Source: an uncultured bacterium
GTDB lineage: Bacteria > Fidelibacterota > UBA2242
DNA length: 58,275 nt
Direction of reading: 5' to 3'
Assembly (NCBI GenBank): GCA_964485475.1
Contig: CAZAKB010000003.1
Location: 1 to 58,275, forward strand
A program made the translations under genes and the position numbers. Below the pieces are notes generated by a model. It was not told where the DNA came from, did no database searches, and saw only the letters and a program-made list of their open reading frames with translations. Of the stretch, positions 48,901-57,357 are shown piece after piece (within the stretch, counting starts at the first letter, position 1; the number at the start of each line of letters is the position of its first letter).

Positions 48901-49376
48901 TTAACAAAACCAAACTCATCGGCGTTAAGCCAGGAATATTGAAACGTGACTTCGAGGTCATTGTTTATCTCTTCGAAAACCAGTTTGTTGCCAAGGAGAT
49001 TTTTATAGAGATTAAACCGGCAGTTATAAATATTGCGGTATTTTGCGGAAAAGGGTTCCCACAGATATTTTTTGTTATTTTTAGTAATAATGAAAATGGT
49101 CTTGCTGCCGGTAATGTCCTGAGAATCGTGGATTCTGTCATCAGTATAATAGGGAAACAGGGCGTTGTCAGCATCGCATCTGCCGGCAGTGAGCGCGCCG
49201 TTACTTGAAATATACATCCAGAGGTCGGACTCACTGACAATACTCATGAAAAAAGGCGGCATGGCATCGTAATTGGAAATTTTATAATGTTGCTCGCCAT
49301 CTATATTGACAATTTCGCCGCCAACTTTTTTTTCGTTCGTTTTTAACTCATTATTGCCTAAAAATACTCTGACCAT
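45948..49376 (-). CDS. GH149 beta-1,3-glucan phosphorylase
   Basis: 1142 aa, no signal peptide; PFFMSIVS, ALFPYYTDD, FSRRHGDPSRPWN, GNWRDIFQNWEAL, WMNTQRPEWNDANNALVG and DPYSHTP..QQPGMTGQVKED motifs; GH17/GH158 neighbours. Confidence 0.88.
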   Translation of the reverse strand: MVRVFLGNNELKTNEKKVGGEIVNIDGEQHYKISNYDAMPPFFMSIVSESDLWMYISSNGALTAGRCDADNALFPYYTDDRIHDSQDITGSKTIFIITKNNKKYLWEPFSAKYRNIYNCRFNLYKNLLGNKLVFEEINNDLEVTFQYSWLNADEFGFVKKSTVKNIGRQTVYIEILDGVQNILPSGIDRKFQLEYSTLVDGYKKSELIPKVKLGLYMLSSVPVDRAEPSESLTATIAWSAGLDDAIVLLSSTQLEKFRRGVTLQQETDIRANRGAYFLNSVVSLAPTVAKTWHIIIDLNKDQSEVAALCRTILVSNDPAVEVKKAIARSTEALQLKIAKADGCQLTSDALNVFRHSANTMFNIMRGGIFDDDYVIDKKDFTKFILAANNKTAEKYDSLIKAMPDEIDFQALLTSAAGTNAVFTRLRHEYLPLSFSRRHGDPSRPWNTFSIDIKDDNGHKKLNYQGNWRDIFQNWEALAHSFPEFIESMITKFVNASTADGYNPYRVVRDGFDWEVLDHHDAWSYIGYWGDHQIIYLQKLLEISCNYHRGKLQALLTNKIFTYANVPYKIKSYQEILQDPCNTVDFDSELNAVINDRVAELGSDGKFMFDSNDDIYTVNLAEKLLVPMLVKLSNFIPEAGIWMNTQRPEWNDANNALVGNGASMVTLYYLRRYISFAIDLFTDAGDENFEISGTVAQLFTEIEGIFKNNLGLLLSTISDKNRKDLTDQLSTAGTKHRQTIYTGGFSGNFENISASQLAAFLIITLKYIDHSIAANKRTDDLFQTYNLITLKENEISIRHLYEMLEGQVAALSSGYLSTKQALNLLRSLEKSPLYRKDQNSYILYPDRQLAHFTEKNIIPPQLLETSLLINKLIAAKDRDIVLKDVNGDVHFHKSFRNAKLLDEALDRKNISPKDKTKILDIYEAVFDHQSFTGRSGTFYKYEGLGSIYWHMVSKLLLSVQENFYMAVNSGATETEITEIRDFYYKIRAGIGFHKNPADYGAFPTDPYSHTPGHCGVQQPGMTGQVKEDVISRFGELGIVVKNGELSFAVGLLDKKEFLTGAGEFQYYNHAGEKATLSLEKNSLAFTIAQVPVVYKLTRTEKVRVYVKKGSVKTFPSLFLDKDTSALVFSRSGEVIRIEVMIKL

Positions 49377-49449
49377 GAAATTCCTTTTGAAAAAACTTTG
49401 TTCATTATCTCTGTGCTTCTCTGTGTCTTGGTAGTTTAAAAATTATCCT

Positions 49450-50718
49450 CTATTTCACAAAAAACGGAATGTTGGCATGGGCCGCATTACCATTATCATC
49501 ATAAACATAAATAAACAGACGATAGGCGCCGGTTTGTGACGGTGAACTGAAAATCAACGAATTATCTGTTTTCTTTATGATTGTACAGTTCGCTACTGGC
49601 GGTTTGTTTTCCTCGTCGCCGCCGGTACGCTTGTCTGTGGTTTCATGCAGTATTTCCCACTGAATCATCAGTGGCCGGTCTTCCGGATCGGTCACCCATA
49701 CTTCGGCTTTATGCTGTGTATCCGGTCGGATTGTAACGCTTTGGTAGGCGTTCTTTCCATTAAGACGCAGAGAATCCAGAACCGGCGCCCTGTCGCTTGG
49801 CCAGTTGCCTTTCCAAAGATGATGCATTACATCAATGGCCTGAGTTTTGGCGCCATCTTGCAAAAACATTCCGTACCAGGTTGGCGTACGCTCCTGCTTT
49901 GCGCCCCAGAAAAACACATAACCACCAAGGCAATTGGGATCTGAGAAAATGTTATCGTTATATTCTTGCTGATACAAGTCTGCTTTTTCTTTACTGGTGA
50001 ATTCGACTGGTTCACCCCATTCGGTTTTGGGAACTTCCCAATGGCCAAATGTGCCCCATTCGCCCAAAAAATAGGGCTTCCCCCAGCCAAAATTCTTCAG
50101 AAATTGCGACAACGCCGGCAGTCCGCCGTATGCATTGATGCAGAGAATATCAATGTCCGGGCACCGTTCCTTGACGTAATCCACTTCGTCTTTTTCGATA
50201 AAGGCAGTGGTGGTGGTAACAGGATGATTGCCGTCAACATTGTGAATATAAGCAGCAAGTTGCTGGACCGCGTCCCAAACCGTTGGATTTGTATAATTCA
50301 AATCCAGTTCGTTACCGACATTCCACAGCAGGAGATTCGGATGATCCTTGTATTTGATAATAGCGTTTTTGAATTCCTCAAACTGCTTTGCCACGGCGTC
50401 AGCATCACTGTAGTTAAAGCCCTGCCGCTCCTGTTCCAGCCAGAGTCCTGCGCAAACAGTAAAATTGTATTTTTCCGCCATGGCAAAGGCTTCTTCCCAT
50501 TGATCGATGCCCCAGGTGCGGATGGAATTGCCTCCGGCGTCTGCCAGTTCGGCATAATGATCTTCAATGCCGGCACCTTTGATAAAATAGGGTTTATCAT
50601 CTCGCAGCAATTGATAACCGCTGTCGGTTTGCCGGACTTCAACTTTTTGAATTTTTCCCGAATTGCAGGCTGTCTCAAACAGTAAAAACGCAATTAAAAT
50701 CAATGTGATTTTATGCAT
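49450..50718 (-). CDS. GH158-like endo-beta-1,3-glucanase, probable lipoprotein
   Basis: YQLLRDDKPYFIKGAG, AGGNSIRTWG, KYKDHPNLLLWNVGNEL, INAYG, LGEWG and WGAKQERTPTWY motifs; ETAC lipobox. Confidence 0.8.
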   Translation of the reverse strand: MHKITLILIAFLLFETACNSGKIQKVEVRQTDSGYQLLRDDKPYFIKGAGIEDHYAELADAGGNSIRTWGIDQWEEAFAMAEKYNFTVCAGLWLEQERQGFNYSDADAVAKQFEEFKNAIIKYKDHPNLLLWNVGNELDLNYTNPTVWDAVQQLAAYIHNVDGNHPVTTTTAFIEKDEVDYVKERCPDIDILCINAYGGLPALSQFLKNFGWGKPYFLGEWGTFGHWEVPKTEWGEPVEFTSKEKADLYQQEYNDNIFSDPNCLGGYVFFWGAKQERTPTWYGMFLQDGAKTQAIDVMHHLWKGNWPSDRAPVLDSLRLNGKNAYQSVTIRPDTQHKAEVWVTDPEDRPLMIQWEILHETTDKRTGGDEENKPPVANCTIIKKTDNSLIFSSPSQTGAYRLFIYVYDDNGNAAHANIPFFVK

Positions 50719-50753
50719 ATCTGTACCTTTTAATAGTATAAATTTGCAGATTT

Positions 50754-52988
50754 TTAATCCACAACCTCAAATTCAACAGGCTTGCCGCTGTCGGAATCCG
50801 GCACAATCCAGAATTGAAATTTTCCCGGCTCGGTTACCTCCTGCATTTGCTGATTGAAAAAGGCCAAATCAACAGTGGACAGCACAAATTCCACAACTTT
50901 GGATTTACCGGGTTCCAGTGTAATGCGCTCAAAACCTTTCAGCTCTTTCACCGGCGGTGTGATGCTGGCAACAACGTCACGAATGTAAAGTTGTACAATT
51001 TCATCGGCTTCCATTTTTCCAGTATTGGTGATTTTGGCGGAAACCGTAAACGAGTCACCCATTTTCACAGTACTTTTGGATATTTTCACGTCGGAATATT
51101 CAAATGTCGTATAGGAAAGTCCGAAACCAAAAGGAAATTGCGGTTTGTAGCCGGCGTCGATGTAATGGGATTCATTGCCAAGCGAAGTTTGCCAGGCCCG
51201 TACCGGAATATCGTCCATCTGTACAAAACTGTCAGCCCGCGGCGGACGGCCCGTATTTTTATGATTGTAATAGAGCGGAATCTGTCCCACCACTTTCGGA
51301 AAAGTTATTGGCAATTTCCCTGACGGTGATGCAATTCCGAAAATCAGGTCCGCCAGCGCCGGACCGCCCATGGTACCGGGATGAAATGTAAAAAGTACCG
51401 CGTCAACATCATCTAGAATATTACCAAGAGTAATCGCGCGTCCGGCCATGAGCACTAGGACGATAGGCTTGCCAGTTTGAATCACCTCCCTGATCAGCGC
51501 TTCCTGGGCGCCGGGCAGATCAATATTGGCGCGGCAGTGGGCTTCGCCTGTGATGATGGCTTCCTCGCCCATAAACATTAGCACCACATCAGATTTTTGG
51601 GCGGTTTCAACAGCTTCAGCAAAATATTTGTGGTCTTTGTCGCGGGAAATCTCCAGACCTTTGCAATAATGAATACTGATTTTATTACCATATTCCCTTG
51701 TGAGCGTCTGCAACGGCGTTTGAGTATCTTCAATCTGCTTGTCAAAAGTCCAGGTACCCAGTTGTTCGAATGGATCGTCAGCCATTGGGCCGATAACTGC
51801 TAGATTTTTTATATTTTGGGATAATGGCAAAAGATTATCCCGGTTTTTCAACAGGACGATGCTTTGGGTTGTGATTTGTTTGGCAGTGGCCAGATAATCG
51901 TCATTGACCAAAGGTGGTAATTTCGCCGGATCAGCATACGGATTTTCAAACAACCCTAGCTGGAATTTTATGCGCAGAATATTGCGGACGGCATTGTCAA
52001 TGGTCTCTATTTTGACTTTGTCAGATTTTATCAAACCGGCCAGGAACTGTTCGTAATTCGACGAAGCCATTTCCATATCAATACCGGCGTTGGCGGACTT
52101 TTCGGCTGCATCTTCTCCATCACTACAGTATCCGTGCACGATCATTTCGGAAATAGCGGCCCAATCACTGATGACGAAGCCGTCGAAGTTCCATTCGTCA
52201 CGCAAAATTTGCCGGAGAGTAAACTCGTTGGCCGTACAGGGAACACCGTTGAGGTCATTAAAGGCCGGCATAACGGAAGAAACCCCAGCGGCGACACTGG
52301 CCCTGAAAGGTTTCAGGTACACTTCCCGCAGCTGCTGCTCCGGAATCCAGGCAGTGTTGTAATCGCGGCCGCCCTCACCTGCACCGTAGCCTGCAAAATG
52401 TTTGGCACAGGCGGCAATAGCGTCCGGCCGGGAAAGGTCATCGGTTTGAAAACCTTTGACCATTGCCACAGACATTGCGCTGGTGAGATACGGATCTTCG
52501 CCGAAACTTTCGGAAATTCGCCCCCAGCGGGAATCCCTGGCAATGTCCATCATCGGCGCGAAGGTCCAGTTAACACCCACAACTGCGGCTTCTTGGGCTG
52601 AAATCCGGACGCCGGCCATGACACCGTCGGGATTCCAGGTAGCGGCCAATCCCAGAGGAATCGGAAATATTGTACGGAAGCCGTGAATTACATCGCGGCC
52701 GACCAAAAGGGGAATACCATTTGGCGATTTTTCAACGGCCAGTTTTTGGGCTTTGCGGATATTTTCAGGATCAACTTCATTGAGGATAGAACCAATTTTG
52801 CCGGACCGGAACATCGCTTCGTTGCCCTGAAAACCGTGGCGCTGGGTCATCTGGCCAATCTTTTCTTCCAGCGTCATTTTATTCAGCAGTTGAGTGATTT
52901 TATTTTCAATTTCGGGGAATTGACCGGACATACCAAATCCTATATTTAGTAAAAAAACAATTGACAAAAAGGCTACTTTATTCAACAA
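50754..52988 (-). CDS. bglX: GH3 periplasmic beta-glucosidase (BglX-like)
   Basis: MTLEEKIGQM, DVIHGFRTIFPIPLG, RWGRISESFGEDP, KHFAGYG, FVISDW and PFGFGLSYT motifs. Confidence 0.93.
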   Translation of the reverse strand: MLNKVAFLSIVFLLNIGFGMSGQFPEIENKITQLLNKMTLEEKIGQMTQRHGFQGNEAMFRSGKIGSILNEVDPENIRKAQKLAVEKSPNGIPLLVGRDVIHGFRTIFPIPLGLAATWNPDGVMAGVRISAQEAAVVGVNWTFAPMMDIARDSRWGRISESFGEDPYLTSAMSVAMVKGFQTDDLSRPDAIAACAKHFAGYGAGEGGRDYNTAWIPEQQLREVYLKPFRASVAAGVSSVMPAFNDLNGVPCTANEFTLRQILRDEWNFDGFVISDWAAISEMIVHGYCSDGEDAAEKSANAGIDMEMASSNYEQFLAGLIKSDKVKIETIDNAVRNILRIKFQLGLFENPYADPAKLPPLVNDDYLATAKQITTQSIVLLKNRDNLLPLSQNIKNLAVIGPMADDPFEQLGTWTFDKQIEDTQTPLQTLTREYGNKISIHYCKGLEISRDKDHKYFAEAVETAQKSDVVLMFMGEEAIITGEAHCRANIDLPGAQEALIREVIQTGKPIVLVLMAGRAITLGNILDDVDAVLFTFHPGTMGGPALADLIFGIASPSGKLPITFPKVVGQIPLYYNHKNTGRPPRADSFVQMDDIPVRAWQTSLGNESHYIDAGYKPQFPFGFGLSYTTFEYSDVKISKSTVKMGDSFTVSAKITNTGKMEADEIVQLYIRDVVASITPPVKELKGFERITLEPGKSKVVEFVLSTVDLAFFNQQMQEVTEPGKFQFWIVPDSDSGKPVEFEVVD

Positions 52989-53003
52989 TACCTCAGTGGT
53001 TCT

Positions 53004-54350
53004 CTAATCAGAATTTCGCGCTTCAAGTTCCTTTTCAATTTTCGCCATGGTATTGTCATCCAGCGGATAAAATAGGGCCGCAATTGTTGCTATTATAGTA
53101 GCGGCCGCTGGAATATAACTCATCATCAGCCGTATTCCGGTAATCGTCTCCGCATTTTGTACTACATTGGGTTCAAACTTGAAAATCGACAGCATCCAGC
53201 CGGCCAGTCCTCCGCCGAGAGCCATCCCAAATTTCTGTGAAAAAGTGGCCGCTGAAAATACGAGTCCCGTGGCCCGCCGCCCATTTTTCCATTGAGAATA
53301 ATCAGCGGTGTCCGCGTACATCGCCCAGATCAGCGGTGCCTGTGGGGCCATTACAAAGGAAATGATAATATGCACTGCGAAAATCAGTCCAATCTGATCT
53401 TTGGGCACATAGTAGAATATTATGGTTAAAATGCTTGACAGACCCATTACAATCAAGTATAATTTTTTCTTGCCCAGTTTTTTCGATAGAAAAGCGGTAC
53501 AGGCAACACCGGCGATAACCGCAACGGTACCGGAGACCATGAATACCGAAGCCAGGAATTCATTCCCAATATAGTACTTGAAATAATACATGATTGCACC
53601 CATACGGATGATGACATAGCCCAAAGTGAACATTCCCATGACTAGCAAAATCATCCATGGACGATTGCTCAGCAGGTCTTTCAGATCATTTTTCAGAGAG
53701 GTCTTTTGGGAGATCGGTGGTTGAACCCTTTCCTTCGTTGATGCAAAGGTGATATAGAAAAGAATCATCGCCAGAATTCCGTAAACGCCCATTGTAATCG
53801 GAAATCCTACCGACTGATTGTCGCCGCCGAAAAATTTCACCATGGGGAGCGTCGCACCCTGAATTATAAACGCTCCGGCAAAGGCCAGAACAAACCGGTA
53901 GGTCGAGGCGCTTGTCCGCTCCGTGCTGTACGGTGAGAGTACACCCATCAAGGCTGAATATGGAATATTTATAGCCGTATAGGTCATCATCATGAGGATG
54001 TATGTAATGTATGCGTAAACGATTTTTCCAGTGATGCTAAGATTCGGCGTTGTGAACATCAGGACTCCGATGACGGCCATCGGAAGCATCATCCAGAGTA
54101 AATACGGGCGGAATTTGCCCCACTTCGTATTGGTCCGGTCGGCAATGACACCCATCATCGGGTCATTAATGGCATCCCAAAACCTTGAAATCATAAATAG
54201 CGTTCCCGCCGCTGCTGCCGGAATTCCAAAGATGTCTGTATAAAAGAAAAGCAAAAAATTAATATACATCTGGAAGTACAAGTTCGATGCTGTATCACCC
54301 AGTCCGTAGCCGATTTTTTCTTTTACTGACAATTTACCGGAATTATTCAC
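53004..54350 (-). CDS. MFS glycoside-pentoside-hexuronide (GPH):cation symporter
   Basis: EKIGYGLGD, WDAINDPMMG..DRTNTKWGKFRPY, NIPYSAL and WAMYADTADY motifs; GTG start after AGGAG. Confidence 0.93.
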   Translation of the reverse strand: MNNSGKLSVKEKIGYGLGDTASNLYFQMYINFLLFFYTDIFGIPAAAAGTLFMISRFWDAINDPMMGVIADRTNTKWGKFRPYLLWMMLPMAVIGVLMFTTPNLSITGKIVYAYITYILMMMTYTAINIPYSALMGVLSPYSTERTSASTYRFVLAFAGAFIIQGATLPMVKFFGGDNQSVGFPITMGVYGILAMILFYITFASTKERVQPPISQKTSLKNDLKDLLSNRPWMILLVMGMFTLGYVIIRMGAIMYYFKYYIGNEFLASVFMVSGTVAVIAGVACTAFLSKKLGKKKLYLIVMGLSSILTIIFYYVPKDQIGLIFAVHIIISFVMAPQAPLIWAMYADTADYSQWKNGRRATGLVFSAATFSQKFGMALGGGLAGWMLSIFKFEPNVVQNAETITGIRLMMSYIPAAATIIATIAALFYPLDDNTMAKIEKELEARNSD

Positions 54351-54422
54351 GCAGGTCTCCTGTTACTATTAATCTTGCTAAATTTTAAATTAATTGCTGC
54401 ATATCACAAACTGAAATAACTC

Positions 54423-54438
54423 GCATAAGTTGTGCCAA
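54423..54438 (-). promoter_or_regulatory. Sigma54 -24/-12 promoter
   Basis: Minus strand TTGGCACAACTTATGC, close to consensus TGGCAC-N5-TTGC, ~73 bp upstream of the MFS start. Confidence 0.85.
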
Positions 54439-54577
54439 ATTTATAATTATTGATTGATAATTATAAAAAATTCTATCGCGTATCCAATTTATCGAGGGAT
54501 ACAGATTTTTTATTTAACAATTGCGCCTTTTCCTATCCTTAAAATCAATAATGTATTCGGATTGATAATCGGAAAGT

Positions 54578-54614
54578 TTATTAAATTAATAAAAACCATT
54601 TATCATTTTGATAA
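54578..54614. promoter_or_regulatory. Tandem palindromic putative activator (UAS) sites
   Basis: TTATTAAATTAATAA (54578-54592) and TTATCATTTTGATAA (54600-54614), both perfect 6-3-6 palindromes, 22-bp period. Confidence 0.78.
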
Positions 54615-54730
54615 AGTCAAACCTGTTTTGCCAAACCTAAACTCCTATCCTAATCCACCGGTACAGAACTACAGTGCATATGTGATATTGTCTAATGTTT
54701 TGAAGGTTTACCTCAAGAATTAATTTGGGC

Positions 54731-54950
54731 ATACGACGTATACGAATTTTCATTTATTGACGACAAACCCTATTACTTCTAAGCAGAGGGTTGCAGGTTC
54801 GAGTCCTGCTCGGGGTACTTAAAAGTTTCTCGACGAGAAATCAAAATACCAAGTCCCAATATTCCATTTCTCAAAATACAGTTTTAGGTACTCATTTCCC
54901 GTCATAGGTAGTCAGAAGTGTCGCGTATACGATGTATACGGAATATACAC
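54731..54950 (+). repeat. Direct repeats ATACGAYGTATACG flanking the tRNA fragment (arm-type-like sites)
   Basis: ATACGACGTATACG at 54731-54744 and ATACGATGTATACG at 54927-54940, built from TATACG-like units with a 9-10 bp period. Confidence 0.65.
54776..54818 (+). mobile_element. 3' half of tRNA-Arg(TCT): integration (att) site remnant
   Basis: CTTCTAA-GCAG-AGGGTT-GCAGG-TTCGAGT-CCTGC-TCGGGGTAC gives anticodon loop, T arm and acceptor 3' strand. No D arm or 5' acceptor strand lies upstream. Confidence 0.85.
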
Positions 54951-55147
54951 CTTGTACATTTAAAAAACAGTAAGGCAGACCTGCATTTCTTTAACTATTT
55001 GTGCCGTCTTCAGATCCATTGTTTGATTCAAAATTTTATCTATTTCGTACAATTTGCGTGGACTTATCACCTCTTTAAGAGTGAAATCATCGCCCACGCA
55101 TAATTGCAGAAATGCGGAGAATCAATCTTATTTCAATTGAAATAGTT

Positions 55148-55180
55148 AAAAAATAGAGGGTTTGAAATCCCCCTATTTTT
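55148..55180 (-). terminator. Rho-independent terminator
   Basis: Minus strand AAAAATAGGGGG-ATTTCAAA-CCCTCTATTTTTT (one G-U pair), downstream of 55345-55764. Confidence 0.65.
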
Positions 55181-55344
55181 AGTTATAACTCCTTGCTTCC
55201 AAGATTAACCAGAAACAAAATTATTTCCTTTACTCAGGACAATTGCTCTTAAGCCAACAATCATTAGCTGCTTTACCATTAGATTTCGTATGTATATAAA
55301 GGTAGTAATTCCACTCCAACTATTTTAAGGATTAAAGTGGGGAT

Positions 55345-55764
55345 TCAATCCCTCTCTTTTATATAATTCACCCAAATATCCACTAATCCGAGTCCCAAGC
55401 AATCTCCGTCTTCAATATCAAATTCCGCCATGTATGTCAAAATACGATCTCTTAGAAAGTCAGTTTTGGTACTATAAAACTCAATGTAATCGTCCGTAAT
55501 AATCGATAGCATGTTCAGTTTTAAAGAAAACTCAAGAATGGACATATTTTTATTTTCTATAAATTCATCTGGTATCTCAATTCCATACAGAAATTCAATT
55601 TCAATCAAACATAACATCCATATAAAATCATCAAAGTTATCATCATATAGTTCCTTTATTTTCGTATGAACTGTTATCTCTTTCTCTCCTTCTGTCCACT
55701 TACCGATGATTTGTAACAAAGCAAATGTGAACTTGTTAAATTGGTTCGAAGTGCTGCGTTTCAT
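55345..55764 (-). CDS. Hypothetical protein with an acyl-carrier-protein-like segment
   Basis: 139-aa ORF preceded by GGGAG; segment DDFIWMLCLIEIEFLYGIEIPDE resembles ACP helix II. Confidence 0.6.
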   Translation of the reverse strand: MKRSTSNQFNKFTFALLQIIGKWTEGEKEITVHTKIKELYDDNFDDFIWMLCLIEIEFLYGIEIPDEFIENKNMSILEFSLKLNMLSIITDDYIEFYSTKTDFLRDRILTYMAEFDIEDGDCLGLGLVDIWVNYIKERD

Positions 55765-56019
55765 TTTATGACTCCCCGATAATAAAATTATATTCTATCC
55801 AGATAATATTTATCAAAATCAACAATATATCGGTTGAGATTAATTAAACAGTAATCTGTTTCATATTAACCCTACCATATTTTAACTGCCAATTATTACT
55901 AAAGTGGATATATGCATTTACAGACCAACTCTTTGATTCAATAAGTTTCAAGAATTTATCTGTGTCCTTGAAGATATGAAGTCCCTACAGGATGAGAGCC
56001 ATTTTTGTTGAATGAGTGT

Positions 56020-57357
56020 TTAATATTTCATTGTATCAGAAATTTCAACTGATGTAATTTTCTCTAGATCCTCTAATCGAATCGAAAATGGAATCTCAAT
56101 CTCTTGACCTTTACGAAACCAAAATTTCTCTTTCCATATCCATATTCCGCGATAATCGTCACGATGTTCACAAATTCCACAAAACAAGTCGGGATTGTAC
56201 CAATCACCACCAGATTCTCTTGCAATAATAATATGATGCTGGTAGAGTATCTGATTTTCACTCTTAATCTGGACATATTTATCTATCTTAAAACCACAAA
56301 ATGTCAACCCAACAAGACAATTTTGCAGGTATTTTTTTATATAGAAATCGCTATTTTCTTTAAATAGACAAACGGTTTGCGGTTCGCTATATATTCTAGA
56401 AGCCTTATAAATTAATCTTAACTCACCTTCTGAAATAAGTTTTAACTGTTCAATGTAGTTTTTTATGCTGTTATTATCTATATCAACTTGTAATGGAATA
56501 AAAACCTTTATCTTTTCTTTTTGATTGGAATTAGTCTCAATGCGTGGAGCTTTTTTTGGGTCAAGTTTAAATAGATAGTAACTCTTAATAAAATCATTTG
56601 TCAGATACTCAAGTGACTGTTTTTGTTTTTCTTTTTTATCTAAAATTGCTGATGCAGAACTAAAAAGATAATTACCTTTTACATCAACTTTCAAAGCATT
56701 TAAATTATCCTTTGCCCCTTTATAATAAGGATCAATCTGTACCGCTTGCGAAAAGTAGTCTTCAGCAATTTTTAGGTCTTTCTTTTCTAATGCTAAAATA
56801 CCTTTGTAATTGTTTTCTATCGCCTTTGAATTTTTTGAATCAACTTGAAATAATGTTATTTGCTCTTCCTCACTCAAAGAAATATTTAATGCCTCAAACG
56901 TTTTTATAGATAATTTCTTCTGGAGAACAAAATAATTCTGAATATCACCCATTACGGAGGTCGCTCCCACAGCGGTACCTTCTCCCGCATTAATGATTTG
57001 TACATCAATCCTAATTAAACTATTTAAAATAGTATAAGAACCACTTAATATTAGGTTGGCACCAACCATTTGTCCAATTTGAATTTCACTGTTCTGAACT
57101 AATCCATTTAGTGCTAACTGTTGTTCATCGAGGATTTTTTTCATTTCCACTCTATTTACAACCATAATTTTCTTAGACGATGTAATATCAGTCGTCAACA
57201 TATCTGCAAGCGCCTCACTTAACCATCCATATTCATCAGATCCTGTCCGATTTGTAAAAGATGGGATGGCAAGTACCTCAGATCCAATTTCATCTTCTGG
57301 ATATGAATATTGAGTCAAAGCAATGAATAGTAGAATTAAAATGATACTCTTTTTCAT
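56020..57357 (-). CDS. Exported CsgG/HfaB (TolB_N/FlgO-like) domain protein with TPR
   Basis: Signal peptide; LAIPSFTN..WLSEALADMLTTD..VVNRVEMKKILDEQ.L..IGQMVGANLILSGSY..IRIDVQII; TPR AEDYFSQAVQIDPYY..AKDNL. Confidence 0.8.
   Translation of the reverse strand: MKKSIILILLFIALTQYSYPEDEIGSEVLAIPSFTNRTGSDEYGWLSEALADMLTTDITSSKKIMVVNRVEMKKILDEQQLALNGLVQNSEIQIGQMVGANLILSGSYTILNSLIRIDVQIINAGEGTAVGATSVMGDIQNYFVLQKKLSIKTFEALNISLSEEEQITLFQVDSKNSKAIENNYKGILALEKKDLKIAEDYFSQAVQIDPYYKGAKDNLNALKVDVKGNYLFSSASAILDKKEKQKQSLEYLTNDFIKSYYLFKLDPKKAPRIETNSNQKEKIKVFIPLQVDIDNNSIKNYIEQLKLISEGELRLIYKASRIYSEPQTVCLFKENSDFYIKKYLQNCLVGLTFCGFKIDKYVQIKSENQILYQHHIIIARESGGDWYNPDLFCGICEHRDDYRGIWIWKEKFWFRKGQEIEIPFSIRLEDLEKITSVEISDTMKY

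Noticed and set aside
49408-49425. TCTCTGTG direct repeat in the GH158-GH149 gap
   Set aside because: Only two 8-bp copies; possibly a REP-like remnant but too short to support.
54578-54614. Fur box reading of the TGATAA/TTATCA repeats
   Set aside because: Fur boxes are TGATAAT-N-ATTATCA. Here the half-sites are arranged TTATCA-N3-TGATAA in pairs upstream of -24/-12 motifs, and the genes are unrelated to iron. Not formally excluded.
54740-54820. Intact tRNA-Arg gene
   Set aside because: Only the anticodon loop to the 3' end is present; upstream bases cannot form the D arm or the 5' acceptor strand.
54454-55103. ORFs 54454-54723 and 54918-55103
   Set aside because: Non-ATG starts, no recognisable motifs, and they overlap regulatory or att-associated sequence.
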